NCBI GenBank assembly: GCA_030264375.1
Contig: JASCQW010000027.1
Location: forward strand, 98,565,776-98,629,775
From: Carcharhinus longimanus
Lineage: Eukaryota
Length of the DNA stretch: 64,000 nt
Direction of reading: 5' to 3'
The notes under the pieces were generated by a model that had not been told where the DNA came from, did no database searches, and was given only the letters and a program-made list of their open reading frames with translations. A program made the translations under genes and the position numbers. Below, piece by piece: positions 38,370-50,149 of the stretch (within the stretch, counting starts at the first letter, position 1; each line of letters opens with the position of its first letter).

Positions 38370-38912
38370 TATGGTTTGAGATACTCTTTCCCTCCTCCAT
38401 CTATAGCAAGCAGCAGAACATGTTTACTCAGTCCACAAGTATGTCCCCAAACTTGCTTGCCACCATGCTCTCAAGTCCACATGTCCATCTTTGGCCTGCT
38501 GCAATGCTTCAATGCTCCACAAGCTGGAGGAGCAGCTTCTCATTTTCCAACGTTACAGCCCTCAAGACTCAACATTGAGGTCAACAACTTTAGACTGTGA
38601 CCTTTCTCTTCCATCTTAAAGTCTTTTTTTAAAAATCTCATACATTGTGCCACTGCAACAACTCTCCCTTCCAACAAATCTCACACCAGGCCATCTGTCT
38701 TTTGTTACTGAAGTTGTTACATCTTGTTGCAATCTTTCCTAACTACAGTTTAATATTTAACACATTCTCCCTCTCCTTAGTTCTGATGAAGAGTCAAACA
38801 GACTCAGAATGTTAATTCTGCTTTCTCCCCGTGCTAATGCTGCCAGCCCTGAAACTTTTCTGAGTTCTCTGTTCTTGTTTCAGAATCTGGCATCCACAAT
38901 ATTTTGCTTATC
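38370..38912 (+). mobile_element. PLE family A: GIY-YIG C-terminal remnant plus terminal repeat with decayed hammerhead
   Basis: HMSIFGLLQC..(KLEEQLLIF in a shifted frame)..LQPSRLNIEVNNFRL*; then agttCTGATGAAGAGTCaaacaGACTCagaatgttaattctg (about 38779-38820) and the same terminus as the palindromic family A copies. Confidence 0.78.
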
Positions 38913-39904
38913 TTAGCATTTCATTGTAGCCTCTCAGCATACATCAGGCTCTCCAGAGGAGAGTTAGAGAATGGGGCAAGGAGGGTATGGGGGCAGCCTT
39001 CTCACATCTCACTTAAGTTTCTATGGTTGCTGAAACCTCATGAATCGATGTAGTATTCAGTTGACCTGATCCGTGCCAAGGCTTCTTTAACTCAAAATCC
39101 TTCCAGTGACAGGCGCTGGTCATGAAGATGCCTGCATTCGGCTTAGGGAGAATTCCTTAAGCCATGAATGAGTTAAAAAGCACCTCAAAGCTGAATCAAT
39201 TGGGTTCCTGATGCCCCCCCACCCCCGCCACTGCCGCCCTCAGCTCTCACTATTGCAAGTGCCCCTGTTCCATTGAGGGTTTGCCCATTGTGTGTGCATC
39301 CACATCTATCTTCTGTTACAAACTTGCAACTCTACAGAATTAATAAGCATCACTTAGAGACCACCACATGGTACAACAGAATTTAGTCCTACATTGGATC
39401 TCAAGTACAATCACAACGAACTGGGGGAACAGTTGAATATGTGGAAGTTTTGTTTTACAAAGAAAGCAATATAAGAACATAATATTCACCACAGAGAATG
39501 CAAAATATTGAAAATTAGAAAATAGAAATGGTTTATGGTATACATTCTGCACTTTTGATGGACTATGACTATTACAAGGAAGAATAAGCTTTTTGTTAAA
39601 TCGACTTTCCATAACTTAGAAAATTTATGTGGATTTCATTGCGGTCTGAAATCTAAGTATGTAAAAGTTGCCATATTTAATTTGTGGTTTACAATGGATT
39701 GGAAAAAAATGTTATTCTGACAACTATCTGCACTGCCGTTCAATACTATTAACCCCTTCAAATGACTATGCATGTAGAGAATAAGCTGATATCACAAACA
39801 GAATCCTATTGCTACAACATCTAAACAGAAGCTAATGAACAAAGAAAATAATTCACCTGTTTACTCAACTGTCAACAATGTAGGATTTGATTTACAAAAG
39901 GAAT

Positions 39905-40200
39905 AAAAGCTTAACATTTACTTATTAGTCATAAGTAGGCTTACATTCACAGCAATGAAGTTATTGTGAAAATCCCCAAGTTGCCACACTCTGGCGCCTG
40001 TTCAGGTACACTGAGGGAGAATTTAGCATGGCCAGTGCACCTAACCTGCACATCTTTGGACTGTGGGAGGAAACCGGAACACCCGGAGGAAACTCACGCA
40101 GACATATGAAGAATGTGCAAACTCCACACAGACGGTGACCCAAGCCAAGAATCGAACTCAGATTCCTGGTGCTGTGAGGCAGTAGTGCTAACCAATTTGC
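39905..40200 (-). mobile_element. V-SINE with tail B, full length
   Basis: Same head, V-domain and tail as 11378-11692. Confidence 0.9.
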
Positions 40201-40509
40201 CGCTCTTCAAATAGTTTTTGAATGTAGTTTGTAATTCTTTCCATAGTTTTTAAAGCTTGCTCAGAACTGGCAACTTAAGTGTGTTACAAATATGAAGTTT
40301 GTGAGATTAACATGTTTTGGGATTGTCTCTTTAATTTACAGTAAAATGGAGCAATAAAGGGAATCAAGTAATTTGTTCTGCAAATCTGGGCTGGTTTTGT
40401 TGTTAAAAGATTAAAGGAGAAGCCAGATTGATTTACTGGGTAAAGGGTGCAAGATGTTTCCACTTGTAAACTGCAACCAGAGCAGCTATGCTGACAATGG
40501 ATAGACAGT

Positions 40510-41178
40510 TGGGCGTGTATTTTGCCCGCTGTGCGTGCACACTCGGCAGGCTCAGAAGTGGTCATGAAATGCGGTCCTAGCTGTGATTGGCTTCAGAGCG
40601 CAATTTCATGTTGACTGACCAATTAACAGCGATCCAGGGTGAAATGCACTGTGTGAGAAGCTGAGCGCTGCCATGGAGGGTTGGAAGAGGACAGGTGCCA
40701 ACTGGCGCTTCCAATGTGTCCCTCAAGGAGACAGCCACTGTGGAGTGTCTCAGGGAGCTGCAGACCAGTGAAAAGTAGCAGTGTCAAAACTATATCACAA
40801 GGTTTTTAGACAGCACAGTCACATGCAATCCCCAGATGCATTTGTTAATGTGATTTATTTAAGACTTAACCTTTTATCCTGCCCTGGATCAAGCTTGCAT
40901 CTTAAAACATAAAGGCTGCCTTGCTAGTCAACCTGCCCATCAACTGTAAAGGCCTCTCAATGCAGAGATGGGCAACATTATAACGTCAATTGCTGATTAA
41001 TTAATTTAAGTTGGTTTCTTGGTTGTCAGTGGGTGCACTTGTGACTTGAGCCTTCCCACTGCTGGAAATATTACATGAGGGTGGGATGAGTCAGGGCATG
41101 TGTTCAACATCTCCTCACATGATCTTTTGTGCTTCCAGATCTGGCATGTGCCTGAACTTAATATGTAAAATTCTGTCC
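40510..41178. mobile_element. non-autonomous DNA transposon
   Basis: gggcgtgtattttgc ... gtaaaattctgtcc imperfect inverted termini. Confidence 0.45.
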
Positions 41179-42007
41179 TTTGTTTCCAATTTCCAGGGAA
41201 ATGTTTGGTATGTCAGGTTTAGTTATACTTGTAACTGTCTATTTAATTACAATGTAGAATGGAATTGACGGTCTAGAATATGGCTAATTAGCATCTCTAC
41301 TTGGATACAAGGCTCATGTGATTCATGTTTACATGGAGATGGGCTTTGAGGGGGAAGAATTCATAGGAAGCCATTGTAGGATTGGATTACAAGTTTTCCT
41401 ATGAATTTTATACCTTTGTATTCATGATCAGTCTGCAAGAACCTGAGAGAGCGAGGCAGCAAATTTATATTATTCACCATGCAGAATGCAGGTGAGAACT
41501 CAGACTGAAGAGATCAAGGTTATGAGAGTTGAAACAAAGATTTGCCCAGCTTTGACTAGAGAGAAGAATCATCTCATTTATCCCTTATCGTCAAAGTGAG
41601 TTGTATGTTCAGGAGTTTCCCAACTCGGAAAGGGAAAGAAAGGAAGCTGACCCTTGGCTGTTAAAAATCACCATGGACTGATTCCTGGAAACAAAATATC
41701 CAATTAAGAGACAGAATAAACTGAAAGAGGATTTTGAGTTGTTTTAAAAGTTAATGGGAAACTTTTCTATCAGTTTACAGTATAGATTGCCTATAGAAAT
41801 AGTGTTTGGTCACTATTGTTTTAAGTTTCTTAGTTAGAGTAAAAGTCTTGCATGATCCTTTCAGTTAGTTGCTGGAAATTCAATTTTTTTTCGGTCTCTG
41901 TAATCGTAGCAAGTGCTATATTTTACATGTGCTGTTATTGGAGCTGTTATTAATTTGTATATTTTAGTTTTGAACAATTGCTTACAGGAAAATTAAAAGC
42001 TTTATAT

Positions 42008-42226
42008 AAAAACAAATTATTGCAAATTTCTGCTAGAATCTGAAACAACAACAAAAAATGCTGGAAAATCTCAGCTGGTCTGACAGCGAGAATAGAGCCA
42101 ACGTTTTGAATCTGGATGACCCTCTGAAGGTCACACTGACTCGAAACATTAGCTCCATTCTCTCTCCACAGATGCTGTCAGACATGCTGAGATTTTCCAG
42201 CATTTTCTGTCTTTTTTTTGTTTCTA
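42008..42226. mobile_element. PLE family A palindromic insertion
   Basis: aaaatgctggaaaatctcagctggtctgacagc / gctgtcagacatgctgagattttccagcatttt arms; hammerhead remnants (gactcGAAAcattagctc) at the centre; about 260 bp upstream of exon C. Confidence 0.82.
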
Positions 42227-42487
42227 ATACTAATGTAGCGAACAAAATGATTCTAACTTGAGGAAGATTTAAAATGAAAATGGTAATCAACTCAACTGCA
42301 AAGAAGCATGTGGCACTGAAGAGGACTGTAGAAAAATTCACAAAATGCTGTCTTACTGTGTCTTAGTCCAGGAAATTGCAAGAGAAAAAAAAATCAAAAG
42401 AAAGGTTGCTGTTCTGAACTGAACTAGTTTTAATGCAAACATAGAAACTTTTCTTGAAATTACTTGTTCTCAATTCCTCTGTTGAAG

Positions 42488-42630
42488 ATGGATCTTGGAA
42501 TGCTGATTCACCAACAGTTCTGAAGCTGAGTGACCTACCAGTGAAAATCATCCTGGTAATGGAAGACACACTGTGGACTGCATCTGGTGGACAGATTTTC
42601 ATCATCAGCACCAAGACGCACACTGTGGAG
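42488..42630 (+). CDS. ARHGEF10: ARHGEF10 coding exon C (143 nt)
   Basis: gttgaag|AT ... GAG|gtaggt. Encodes (D)GSWNADSPTVLKLSDLPVKIILVMEDTLWTASGGQIFIISTKTHTVE. Phase 1 start completes the G from exon B; phase 0 end. Confidence 0.95.
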
Positions 42631-43856
42631 GTAGGTGGAAAACTTTCGAATCAAATTTTATGAAAGGTTTTGCACTGTTCTGAAGCACTATTCCTACAAT
42701 GAATTGCAGCCCAATGAGCTGGAGGCCATCCTCTGAAAATCCCTACCCCAGCGTGTCGCCAACTTTGCAGAAATCAGGGTCAGAGTTCTGTGGCTGATGT
42801 AAGTTTTGCGTATCTACAGTGCACACACTGCTGCAGATTGATTTAGAGCTTGTGTGTTTTCCTTTAGGAGAACAGAGAAAGAAGTTATCACCCCACCCAA
42901 TGTCATTGGCAACTTAGGTGTGTAAATGATTAGCTGCCCATAAATGCAATCTGAAAATTGAACTGTTGGGTTTTCTTATATCTTTTGTGGGCTGTAAAGG
43001 TAAGAATAAAACATTTGGTTATCTAATTCCCTTGACATCAACGCTAAGTTTTGCAGATAATGTGTCATGCAACTTGTCTTGACAACACAACTTGGTAATC
43101 AGGACCTAGCTCTGATGGAGTTCATTTTGCACATCTTCTTTGAATGTTTATTTTAGTTTGCTGCAATTCGCTATGACCTGCTTGACTTTATATATTTTAT
43201 CCCAATTGTCTGTTACCGGGTAGAATAGTTTGCTGTTTCCTCTCCATTCTCATGGTTTGGTAGACAGTCATTCCATCTCTACTTAGTTTTTTCTCTCTCA
43301 TTGCTCTTGGAACGTGCAGTAAACTACAAGCAGTCTTTCCCAAGCTTGGAGCAATAGCAAGATCCAGCATGATCTTTCATTCTGGTCAAGTTCCTAAAGT
43401 CATCTCTCCCTTGTTGTTTCAATTCTGTGGATCCATTCGTTGGTAGGTCATTGAATTAAACTGCCTGCATTTTGGTTTTGGGGGTGGAGGAGTGTGCATT
43501 GTTTGCTACAGCCAAACTGAAATGGAAATCTGTGAGACAATATGAACTATAAAAGAGCAGGGATAATGAAATCCCCCCAGGACAGATATATGAAAGCATG
43601 TGTGTTTTCTAATGCACAGACAGCAGTTTTAGGGAGTGCTAAAGTTACCTACGGGCAGCCAAAAGCTGTTTCAGGTTTTATGTTTATTTTCCCATAAATG
43701 AAATGGGATATCTCCCTCCTGGCTCAGTTCTATCTCTATATCATTTTGGAATGATACAACACAGAGATTATTCAGCCCATCATGCTTGGTCTTTGATAGA
43801 GTTATCCAATTAACCCAATTCCTTTCTGCAACTGCTTCCTCTTCAAGTATCAATCC

Positions 43857-44421
43857 ACTAATAGGGACTAAATAGACTGGGTCTGTACTCGTTGGAGTTT
43901 AGAAGGCTGAGGGGGGATCTTATAGAGACATATAAGATAATAAAGGGGATGGATAGGGTAGAGGTAGAGAGATTGTTCCCGCTTAGAAAGGATAGCAGGA
44001 CTAGAGGGCACAGCCTCAAGATAAGGGGGTGGGGGGGCAGTTTAGATCGGAGTTGAGGAGGAACTTCTTCACTCAAAGATGGTGAATCTCTGGAATTCTC
44101 TGCCCGTTGAAGTGGTGGAGGCTACCTCGCTAAATATATTTAAGTCACGGGTAGNNNNNNNNNNNNNNNNNNNNNNNNNNNNNNNNNNNNNNNNNNNNNN
44201 NNNNNNNNNNNNNNNNNNNNNNNNNNNNNNNNNNNNNNNNNNNNNNNNNNNNNNNNNNNNNNNNNNNNNNNNNNNNNNNNNNNNNNNNNNNNNNNNNNNN
44301 NNNNNNNNNNNNNNNNNNNNNNNNNNNNNNNNNNNNNNNNNNNNTGATCTTATTGAATGGCGGGGCAGGCTCGAAGGGCCAGATGGCCTACTCCTGCTCC
44401 TGTTTCTTATGTTCTTATGTT
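43857..44421 (+). mobile_element. young CR1 LINE 3' fragment
   Basis: LNRLGLYSLEFRRLRGDLIETYKIIKG...FFTQ.MVNLWNSLP; tail ggcctactcctgctcctgtttcttatgttcttatg. Near-identical segments at 17852-17922 and 56143-56213. Confidence 0.9.
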
Positions 44422-44679
44422 GATTCAGAATGAATTTGAATTGGTGTTTGGAGCAAATAAGTTGCTGGAGTAAGGGCTTGCCCTGTCCATTCTGCGCAAT
44501 GGCTTTGCAACTGAGAAAGAAATAGAATTCTGTATGTGAGGTCCTTTTATAAAAAAAAATTATTCAAGTAAAGAATTACGGGCTTCACTGTTACAAACAT
44601 ATAAACAATGACAGACATGGAAAGACTCCCTAGTCGGACAGAAGTCTGATACCTTGTGAATCAACATGCATGGCATTGC

Positions 44680-45250
44680 ACTTATCCAAGAGCCCATTCT
44701 TCCATCTCATTAAGATTTACCTGAAGCAGTGAAACATTGTCTACAGATCCAACACCTACATTGATCTTCATATCACATACCATCCAGATCACTGGTAAAA
44801 ATAGTAAGGAGCTGGCAATCCCAATACTGATCCCTACTGGACACCGCTGTTGGCCAGTCTCCAGACAGGTCTGAATCCATTTATAACTTCTTTTTACTTG
44901 CATCCTGGCAATTCTTAATCCAGCTCAGTATATTACTACTAATTCCAGAGGCCTTGATCTTGTAGAGAAGCTTCTTGTGTAACAATTTATCAAAAGTTTT
45001 ATGGAAGCCTAAATAATCTTTCTTTATTTGGCATGTTCATAACCTCTTCAAGAAATTCAATTAGATCTTTTTCTAGACATAACCTTTTATTTGAGTCATA
45101 TTGGGCCCCCCCCCTGCCGAGATGGCCCTTTCTATCCAAGCAATTATATTGCATCCCTAACAATTGTCCCCAACTATCTTTCACACTAGTGACAAAAACA
45201 TCCCCTTAACCCAGGTCTGTCTTGTTACCCTTTTTAAAGATGGGGATGTG
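44680..45250 (-). mobile_element. old CR1 LINE RT fragment
   Basis: Minus-strand remnants KDLIEFLEEV, FHKTFDKLLHKKLL and LQVNLNEMEEWA. Confidence 0.6.
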
Positions 45251-45835
45251 AGAGATGTTTGAATACATACAAGGAAGGGAAAGGCTGGGTCCAAAAGTTG
45301 TGGATGTCAGAGTACGAAGAGGGCAATATTTTCATAGTAAAAGTGTTCTTTTTTGAGGCAATTATTTATTAATTCAGATGAAATTTTATCCAGAGGAGGT
45401 AGTAGCAGTGGGTTGGGCCACATGGAGTTTGGATTCCAGCTGCATGGTTAGGGAAGTACTTGCAGTTCAGGAGAAAGTTGAAGAAGAAACAGGGAGATGT
45501 CCCTGAAGCTTTAAAGGGCGCAACTTTGATTGTTGTTAAAAACCCATCTGGTTCACTCATCTGCCATCCTTACCTGGTCTGGTCTACATGTGTGACAACA
45601 GACCATTGCAATGTGATTGACTCTTATGAAATAGCCTAGCAAAACCAACTAGTTCAAGATCAGTTAAAGATGGGCAACAAATTCTGGTCTTGTCAGCAAC
45701 ACTCATATTGCATCAAAGTTATTTTTCATAATGTGCATCAATCTTCTAAGGCTACTAACCCAATTTCCACTTCTATCTGGAAGTACTGATGATTTCAGGG
45801 GAGAAACTATACCACATTATTTCAGCCTCAGGCAT

Positions 45836-46130
45836 GGTTTAAAGTTTACTTATTAGTATCACATTAATATTGCAGTAATAAGTTACTGTGAAAATCCCCT
45901 AGTCGCCATTCTCCGGCCCTATTCGGGTACACTGGGGGAGAATTTAGTGTGGCCAATCAACCTAACCAGCAGGTCTTTAAGACTGTGGGAGGAAGCCGGA
46001 GCAACCGGCGGAAACACATGTAGACACTGGGAAAACGTGCAAACTCCACACAGTTATCCTAACCAGGAATGGAAACTGGATGCCTGGCACTGTGAGGCAG
46101 CTGTGCTAGCCATTGTGCCACCGTGCCGCT
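45836..46130 (-). mobile_element. V-SINE with tail B, full length
   Basis: Head gcggcacggtggcacaatggctagcacagctgcctcacagtgccagg, tail ggcgactaggggattttcacagtaactt. Confidence 0.88.
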
Positions 46131-47123
46131 CTAGCTGATCCAGCAGGGAATGTCCTTCATTCACATCCACTCCCCTGGCCTTTTCTTGCACATTTACCAG
46201 AGTGAAAACTGCCTGAGGCCTCTGAGGAGCCACGAGAGAAGCCTGATTTCAGTCGTAGATTATAGCAACAAACTCCACGTGAAATAACTACGTGAATTGG
46301 CATTTCTTTTTAATGCAGCTTAACATTGCGATACCTCAAAAGTATTTTACAATCTATCCCCTGACCATTTAATTCAAATCAGTGTGCAAGTGCAGGTTGA
46401 TGCTTGACTACTCCATGGTAACTGTGTAGCTGTGAATTGCTCATGCTTTTACTTTAATTGACTGAAAACAAAGATAGCACTGTTTGCCTTTCAGTAAGAT
46501 GGTGTTGTGTAACTATCACTTCGTACGGTGTTTGTTCCTGTCAGATAATGAATTGTGAAAGCCCCACTGCCAATACTGAAGCAATGTTTTTGTTGGAATC
46601 CATCAAAGACCCCAGTAGAGAGACAGTCTCAAACTTTAAATCAGGAAACTGACTTTACTACTTCAAAAGCAGTAATTACATTTACATAGATGATGCAGCA
46701 CCACAGATTGTTCTCATTACTGGAACATATGGGGGTATCCAAGCAAATCTTGCAGTGGCTACAGTAAGTAACTGAAGATTGCTTGTCAGGGTTTTTGAAG
46801 TTGACCATAATTATATAAAGGGAGGAAGAGGTCAACTGCCAGTGTTTGGGGTGTTAGAAATGACACATTTTCTTTTTAAAAAGAAATACTCTCTTTATTA
46901 CAGTATAGAAGTTAAAAATCAAAATGGCTTTTTTAATGTGCATCAAGAAAGACATTATCAGAATACCGATATAATCTCAGGATATCTGTAGTGTAAGTGA
47001 GCCTTACGTCAGCATAATTTCCCACTCCCCTGCAGTGCAGCTTACTCTGAATTTTTTAAAAATGTATTCATAGGACATGAGCATCACATTTATTGTCTAT
47101 CCCTAGTTCAGGGAATTCTCCAC

Positions 47124-47235
47124 TCTGAAGTAAAAATAAATGCTGAAAATACCCAGCAGATCAGGCAGTATCCGTGGAGAGAAACAGAGTTTCAGGGCAA
47201 ATGACCTTTCTTCAGAACTGTTCCAGAAGTCATAT
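47124..47235 (-). mobile_element. diverged PLE family A-like terminal repeat
   Basis: aaatgctgaaaatacccagcagatcaggcagtatccgtggagagaaacagagtttcagggcaaatgacctttcttcagaact. Confidence 0.55.
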
Positions 47236-48499
47236 CTTGGCCGGACTGGGTAAAGACAGGAGGATTTCTTCCGCGAAGAACATTACTTCAGTAATTTTTA
47301 CAACATAGCTTCGTAGTTGCTTTATTGATACCAACTTTTTAAAACTTAATTCAAAATTTGCAAGCTGATCTGAATTCTTGTTCTCTAGATTATTATTCCA
47401 TCCCACTTGATAACCTGTGCAGTAGTGTAACCACTGATCTGTCGTATCCATGTTGGAATCTGCTCTAGTGCTCAAAACCAGTAACAGTGCTTACATAACA
47501 GTTAATATTTTGGAACCAGTTATGGTCCAAACTGAACCAAAAGTCGAATGCCCCAACCTAGTTTACTCAGTAATAATTAGCTGAAGATGAGCACATTCGT
47601 TCTGAGTAAGCTGTCTTGCTCGTGCTGTGGGAGTCTTGTCCACTGACGAAGGAGGCAGTCAAATTGAGCTTGTCAAGGTTGCAGTGTCTAATTGCTCACA
47701 AATGCAAGCTATTATCCTTTCTAATCTGGAGGAGGAGAGCTGATATCTGATGCTGATTGGCTGTCACAATTCTGGCAGATTTCATTTGGAGATGAAGAAC
47801 AGTTCTGTATATTTTCAATGCCACTTGGAATTTGGGAAAATTGAATAGAATTTACATTATGGTGCCATACATTTGTTTTACTGCCAAACTTTTCTAGTTG
47901 AAGAGTTTCCCCAGGAAGGGAATTGTTAAAACAGCAATAATAAACTGATGAACTGGAGATTGTAGTTAATGTGCTATTATTGCAGTCAGGTTATTTTTTA
48001 ACAGGTCAGCGTACAAGGACAACATTAAATTATCCATGTATAAATGCTACATAAATGCGTGACTTGGTTGACTCTCATATTTTCTTGGCAATGCTCCTTG
48101 AAGTGCTTAAGATACTTGAGGTTGAATCTCAAGCCTAGTTATGATTACCTCATGTAGCTAATATTTCACAAATGTAAGTTTTACTTAAGTACTAACCATA
48201 CAGTGAGTGTCTTCATTTATGAGCAGATACTGATTTCCAGAGGACCCCTCTATTTGTGACGGCCTCTATGTTTCACAGTAGTTTTGCCTAGGTTTTCAGA
48301 AACTAGTTGCTTGATGTGGCTGTTCTATTCCCCAAGAAAAAAAGTCAGAGCATGCTATTCTTCATTCCCTGTTCCAATCAAGGACTGGGCACACACCCAG
48401 TGGGCATGTCCAAGGAGTTCCAATTACAAATGCCAGCATTAGCTCCAGCATTCATAGACCTGCTTGCATCCCACAAGGCCCCATCCTAAATCTCTCCAT

Positions 48500-48790
48500 T
48501 TCAACAACAATAAATATTTGAATCTGTAAAAAATATTTGATGTTGTAAAGCATTCCAAGGCACCAGAGACTGAATCAGACTAAGATCTGACACTGAGCCA
48601 CATACAGAGATTCAGGCCAGGTAAATAAAAGTTTTAAGGAATGTGTTAAAAAGAGGAAAGGAAAATAGAGAAGCATTGAAGAACAAGAGGGAGAGAATTC
48701 CAGAACTTAGAACCTCCTGCCTGATTATAGTGATTAAAACTGGGGACGTGCGAGAGGCCAGAATTAAAAGAATTCAGGAAACCAGCTGGA
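48500..48790 (-). mobile_element. L2-like LINE 3' fragment
   Basis: gttgtaaagcattccaaggc...gacactgagccacata...gttttaaggaatgtgttaaa...gggagagaattccagaacttag (minus-strand PKFWNSLP). Confidence 0.55.
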
Positions 48791-48902
48791 GAATATTGCT
48801 TCACGTCCTTCATCTTCTTTAACAACATCCTTAAAAACCTCTTCTTTGACCAACCTTGTTGTCACCCTTCCTTGTATCTCCTGCCTTTTGCTTTCTTATC
48901 TT

Positions 48903-49212
48903 CATGGAATCCATAGAATCCCTACAGTGCAGAAGGAGACCATTTGGGCCCATCGAGTCTGCACCCACAATCCTACCCAGGCCCTACTCATGTATTTACC
49001 CTCCAAATCCCCCTGACACTAAGGGTCAATTTAGCACGATCAATCAACCGAACTCTCACATCTTTGGACTGTGGGAGGAAACAGGAGCACACAGAGGAAA
49101 CCCACGCAGACGTGGGGAGAATGTGCAAACTCCACATAGCGACCCAAGGCCTGAATTGGACCCAGGTCCCTGGCGCTGTGAGGCAGCAGCGCTAACCACT
49201 GTGCGCCTGTGT
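48903..49212 (-). mobile_element. HE1-like V-SINE with tail A, full length
   Basis: catagaatccctacagtgcagaaggagaccatttgggccc tail through ctgtgaggcagcagcgctaaccactgtgc head; about 180 bp upstream of exon D. Confidence 0.9.
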
Positions 49213-49393
49213 CATCCCTGTTTTTATTACACTGAGGATTTTAAGCTATATCAAAGGCAGTACAAAAATTCACGTTTTTGTTAGCCAGGCGTTGTTTTAG
49301 CACCAAGCTACTGGACCTGGGATTTAACTTCTTTTGACTGATTATTATTGAATTTGTTTTTATTTACAATCCTTGCTCCTTTCACATGTTCAG

Positions 49394-49568
49394 CATCAGT
49401 TTGAAGCCCATCAGGAAGAAGGGATGTTGATCTCGCACATGGCCGTGGCTGGTGTCGGAGTCTGGATCGCCTTCAGTTCTGGGTCGGCTCTTCGCTTGTT
49501 TCACACTGAGACTCTTGAGCATCTTCAAGATATCAACATCGCCACCCCTATCCATCACATGATAGCAG
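49394..49568 (+). CDS. ARHGEF10: ARHGEF10 coding exon D (175 nt)
   Basis: atgttcag|CAT ... GCAG|gtacgt. Encodes [58 protein letters not shown](G). The next expected exon (HQRLSVTSLLVCHG-like) was not found in the window. Confidence 0.96.
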
Positions 49569-50149
49569 GTACGTGATCGATCCATGTGAGTATGGCAGTC
49601 CTGTCAGCAATATGTCATAAACTTAGTTCCTTACAAGTGTGAGTTTAAGTGTTCCATACCATGGCCAAGACTTTACCAGACGGGCTGGGAGGCGGGAGAG
49701 TTTGTCAAATGGAAAAGGTGTCTAAAGTCTGAATGTCTTCCCACCGGTATGGAACATTCCCAGAATGGCAGCAACTTAGCCGTCCACTAACTGGAGGATG
49801 GCAGCCAGTCAATCCAATTAACTGACCCATTAAGGGTAATTTTACCTCCCTGCTGCCTGGATTGCCCTCTGCTGTGAGGGAAGATCGCCAGATACATCAA
49901 GGCAGTCTCTCAGTGATTGCCCAGAGGGTCTAGGTCTGCCTGCCTGACCTTGACACATTAAAAGAAAGCTTATGCAGCTTCTGAGGGTGCTGAACATGGA
50001 GGCACTCTTGCCACCTCTCTGCCACCTTGGCAGCAGCCACCTCTATCAGTGGTGCTGTTGAGCTGCCAACACTCCGATTTGCCAGTAGTTCAGAGAGGCA
50101 GGGCTGTGAACTTAATTGGTCAACAGTCCTGCCGCTGCTATCATGACGT

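Noticed and set aside
39925-40010. Twister or HDV-like ribozyme in V-SINE tail B
   Set aside because: Only a superficial TAACACTGCAATG-like resemblance in the family consensus; the conserved pseudoknot elements could not be built.
41240-41912. Possible solo LTR
   Set aside because: The composition and gtaatcgtagca end are suggestive, but there is no second copy, TSD or PBS to support it.
2516-49568. ARHGEF10L as an alternative identity
   Set aside because: KKVRLQHFF, MEDTLW.ASGGQ.FII, HQEEGM.ISHMAV and DINIATP follow recalled ARHGEF10, not ARHGEF10L.
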